Assembly: GCF_963853765.1 (NCBI RefSeq) | Contig: NC_088857.1 | Location: 4,836,001 to 4,900,000 of the forward strand | Direction of reading: 5' to 3' | From: Magallana gigas | Lineage: Eukaryota | Length of the DNA stretch: 64,000 nucleotides | Part shown: positions 62,728 to 64,000 of the stretch, piece after piece | Position numbering within the stretch: position 1 is the stretch's first letter | Layout: each line of letters opens with the position of its first letter | The notes under the pieces: generated by a model | Seen by the model: the letters and a program-made list of their open reading frames with translations, nothing else | What the model was told of the DNA's origin: nothing | Database searches by the model: none | Translations under genes and position numbers: made by a program

Positions 62728-63945
62728 TCAATGTTCAAAAGCATGTGATTCACTCACAGCTTGTAATATTGTTAAATGAACTTCCTCTGAAATTTGTAAT
62801 ATGTCATTGTCAAGAATATCACTCGATTCACAAATGATATACAAAACTGATTGGGAAGGTACAATCGCCGGTTTGCGTTTAATTAATTTGTATTTCAAAG
62901 GCGTTTCAGGAGATTTTTCGAAGTAATGGCCTCGGATAACTTGTGTACCTCTTCTGTAAGCAGCCCCCCACCTGTCCATGTCATCTTTTTGTAGAACAAC
63001 TGATTTTGAACTTGCTTTCATTACATAATATTCATTTACATTATCGTCACAAAGTACCGCAAATATACAGTCTTTTGTAATTAAATTTGATAATATTTGT
63101 GATTCCGATGTTTCGTTCTCTGGGTCTGATGTGTCATTATCCGAGCCTTCTTTTGTGAAATAAATCAGTGTTGCATTGCCTAAACTGTTACTGAGATCGC
63201 ATTGCTCAGAATTGCCCTCAATGCAATCTTCGCAATTGTAACAAGATAGGGGACGAATGTAGTTTTCACCAGAAATAACTGCCACGAGCTGATGAACAGA
63301 TCTGATTCCCGTCAAAGATTTATATAACCTTGTATTTCTCTAGGAATTTCTTCTACATATTCAAAAATCCTTCGTCGAACATTTGTAGAGTCCTTGGGAG
63401 TTTCAAGTTTTTCTTTTGCAAACAAATAGAGGCCTTTCGCATCTTGTATGATGCAGGTACCCCTAATGACGGCAAGATCAGCCTGATTTTTTAAAAATCC
63501 TCCCGCTGCATCTTGTGGGCCCTTTGCGTGGCTGGTTTCAAAAAAATTTCTTATTAACTTTTGATAACAAAATTCTGAAAGAGAATCTGATAAGTCGCCG
63601 AAACAATGGCGACTTTTATATTGTGCAGCACAACCATCGCAAAATTCATGCATTGTTTTGACCTCGTACGAAATGGAGTTTAGGTAGTCAGAAATAAGTT
63701 TTTGACAATAATGGGTAAAATGTTGATCATGCTTCTCATCAGGAGATATGACATAAAAGTGTTCCGTAACTATCTCTGGTTTTTCCGTAGTACTTTCCAA
63801 ACCGTCTAATTCAAGGATAGCATGCCTGTGAAGTATGGTTACATCAATGGAGACTTCCGTTTTTTGAAAATAATTTGATTGTATTTCGTTCCTTTCACTA
63901 CAACGATAATTTTCGGAAAAGTCGTGAATTGTATATACATATAAT
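62728..63945 (-). mobile_element. Sola2-like DDE transposase, disrupted (element continues beyond the right edge)
   Basis: HDFSENY..EIQSNYF..ILHRH, EFCDGCAAQYKSR and RNFFETSHAKGPQDAAGG. A 1-nt frameshift near 63345 joins the two ORFs, and there is an in-frame TAG upstream near 63962. Confidence 0.65.
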
Positions 63946-64000
63946 TTCTCAAAAAAATTCTATTAGAATTGCACGTCCATTAATGTATATGTAGAGTACT

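Overview
AT-rich, intron-containing animal genomic DNA with one assembly gap. The repeat families and gene types are consistent with a bivalve, probably an oyster; this is an inference. Hand splicing with phase-consistent GT/AG junctions supports eight genes: (1) the 5' part of a TUBGCP6-like gene (minus strand, runs off the left edge); (2) a secreted Gly/Ser/Phe-rich protein; (3) a ~2,360-aa single-pass mucin-like protein with a furin-site SEA/KIAA1549-like module (minus); (4, 5) two plus-strand secreted proteins sharing an unrecognised 6-Cys module, the longer one also carrying five Trp-containing amphipathic motifs and a C-terminal G-RR; (6) a secreted bacterial-type GHL10 (YddW/DigH-like) glycoside hydrolase (minus); (7, 8) a tandem pair of five-exon CABIT–Tyr/PxxP–SAM adaptor genes. 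Mobile and repetitive DNA includes TA- and TTAA-flanked MITEs (one carrying a tRNA-Thr-like cassette), five hairpin or hairpin-tail Crypton/Eulor-like elements, an inverted pair of Helentron-type non-autonomous elements, a young MULE-like element, an RTE LINE 3' remnant, a disrupted Sola2-like transposase, three minisatellite arrays and several (GA/TC)n tracts. No database searches were run; all family assignments come from motif recognition.
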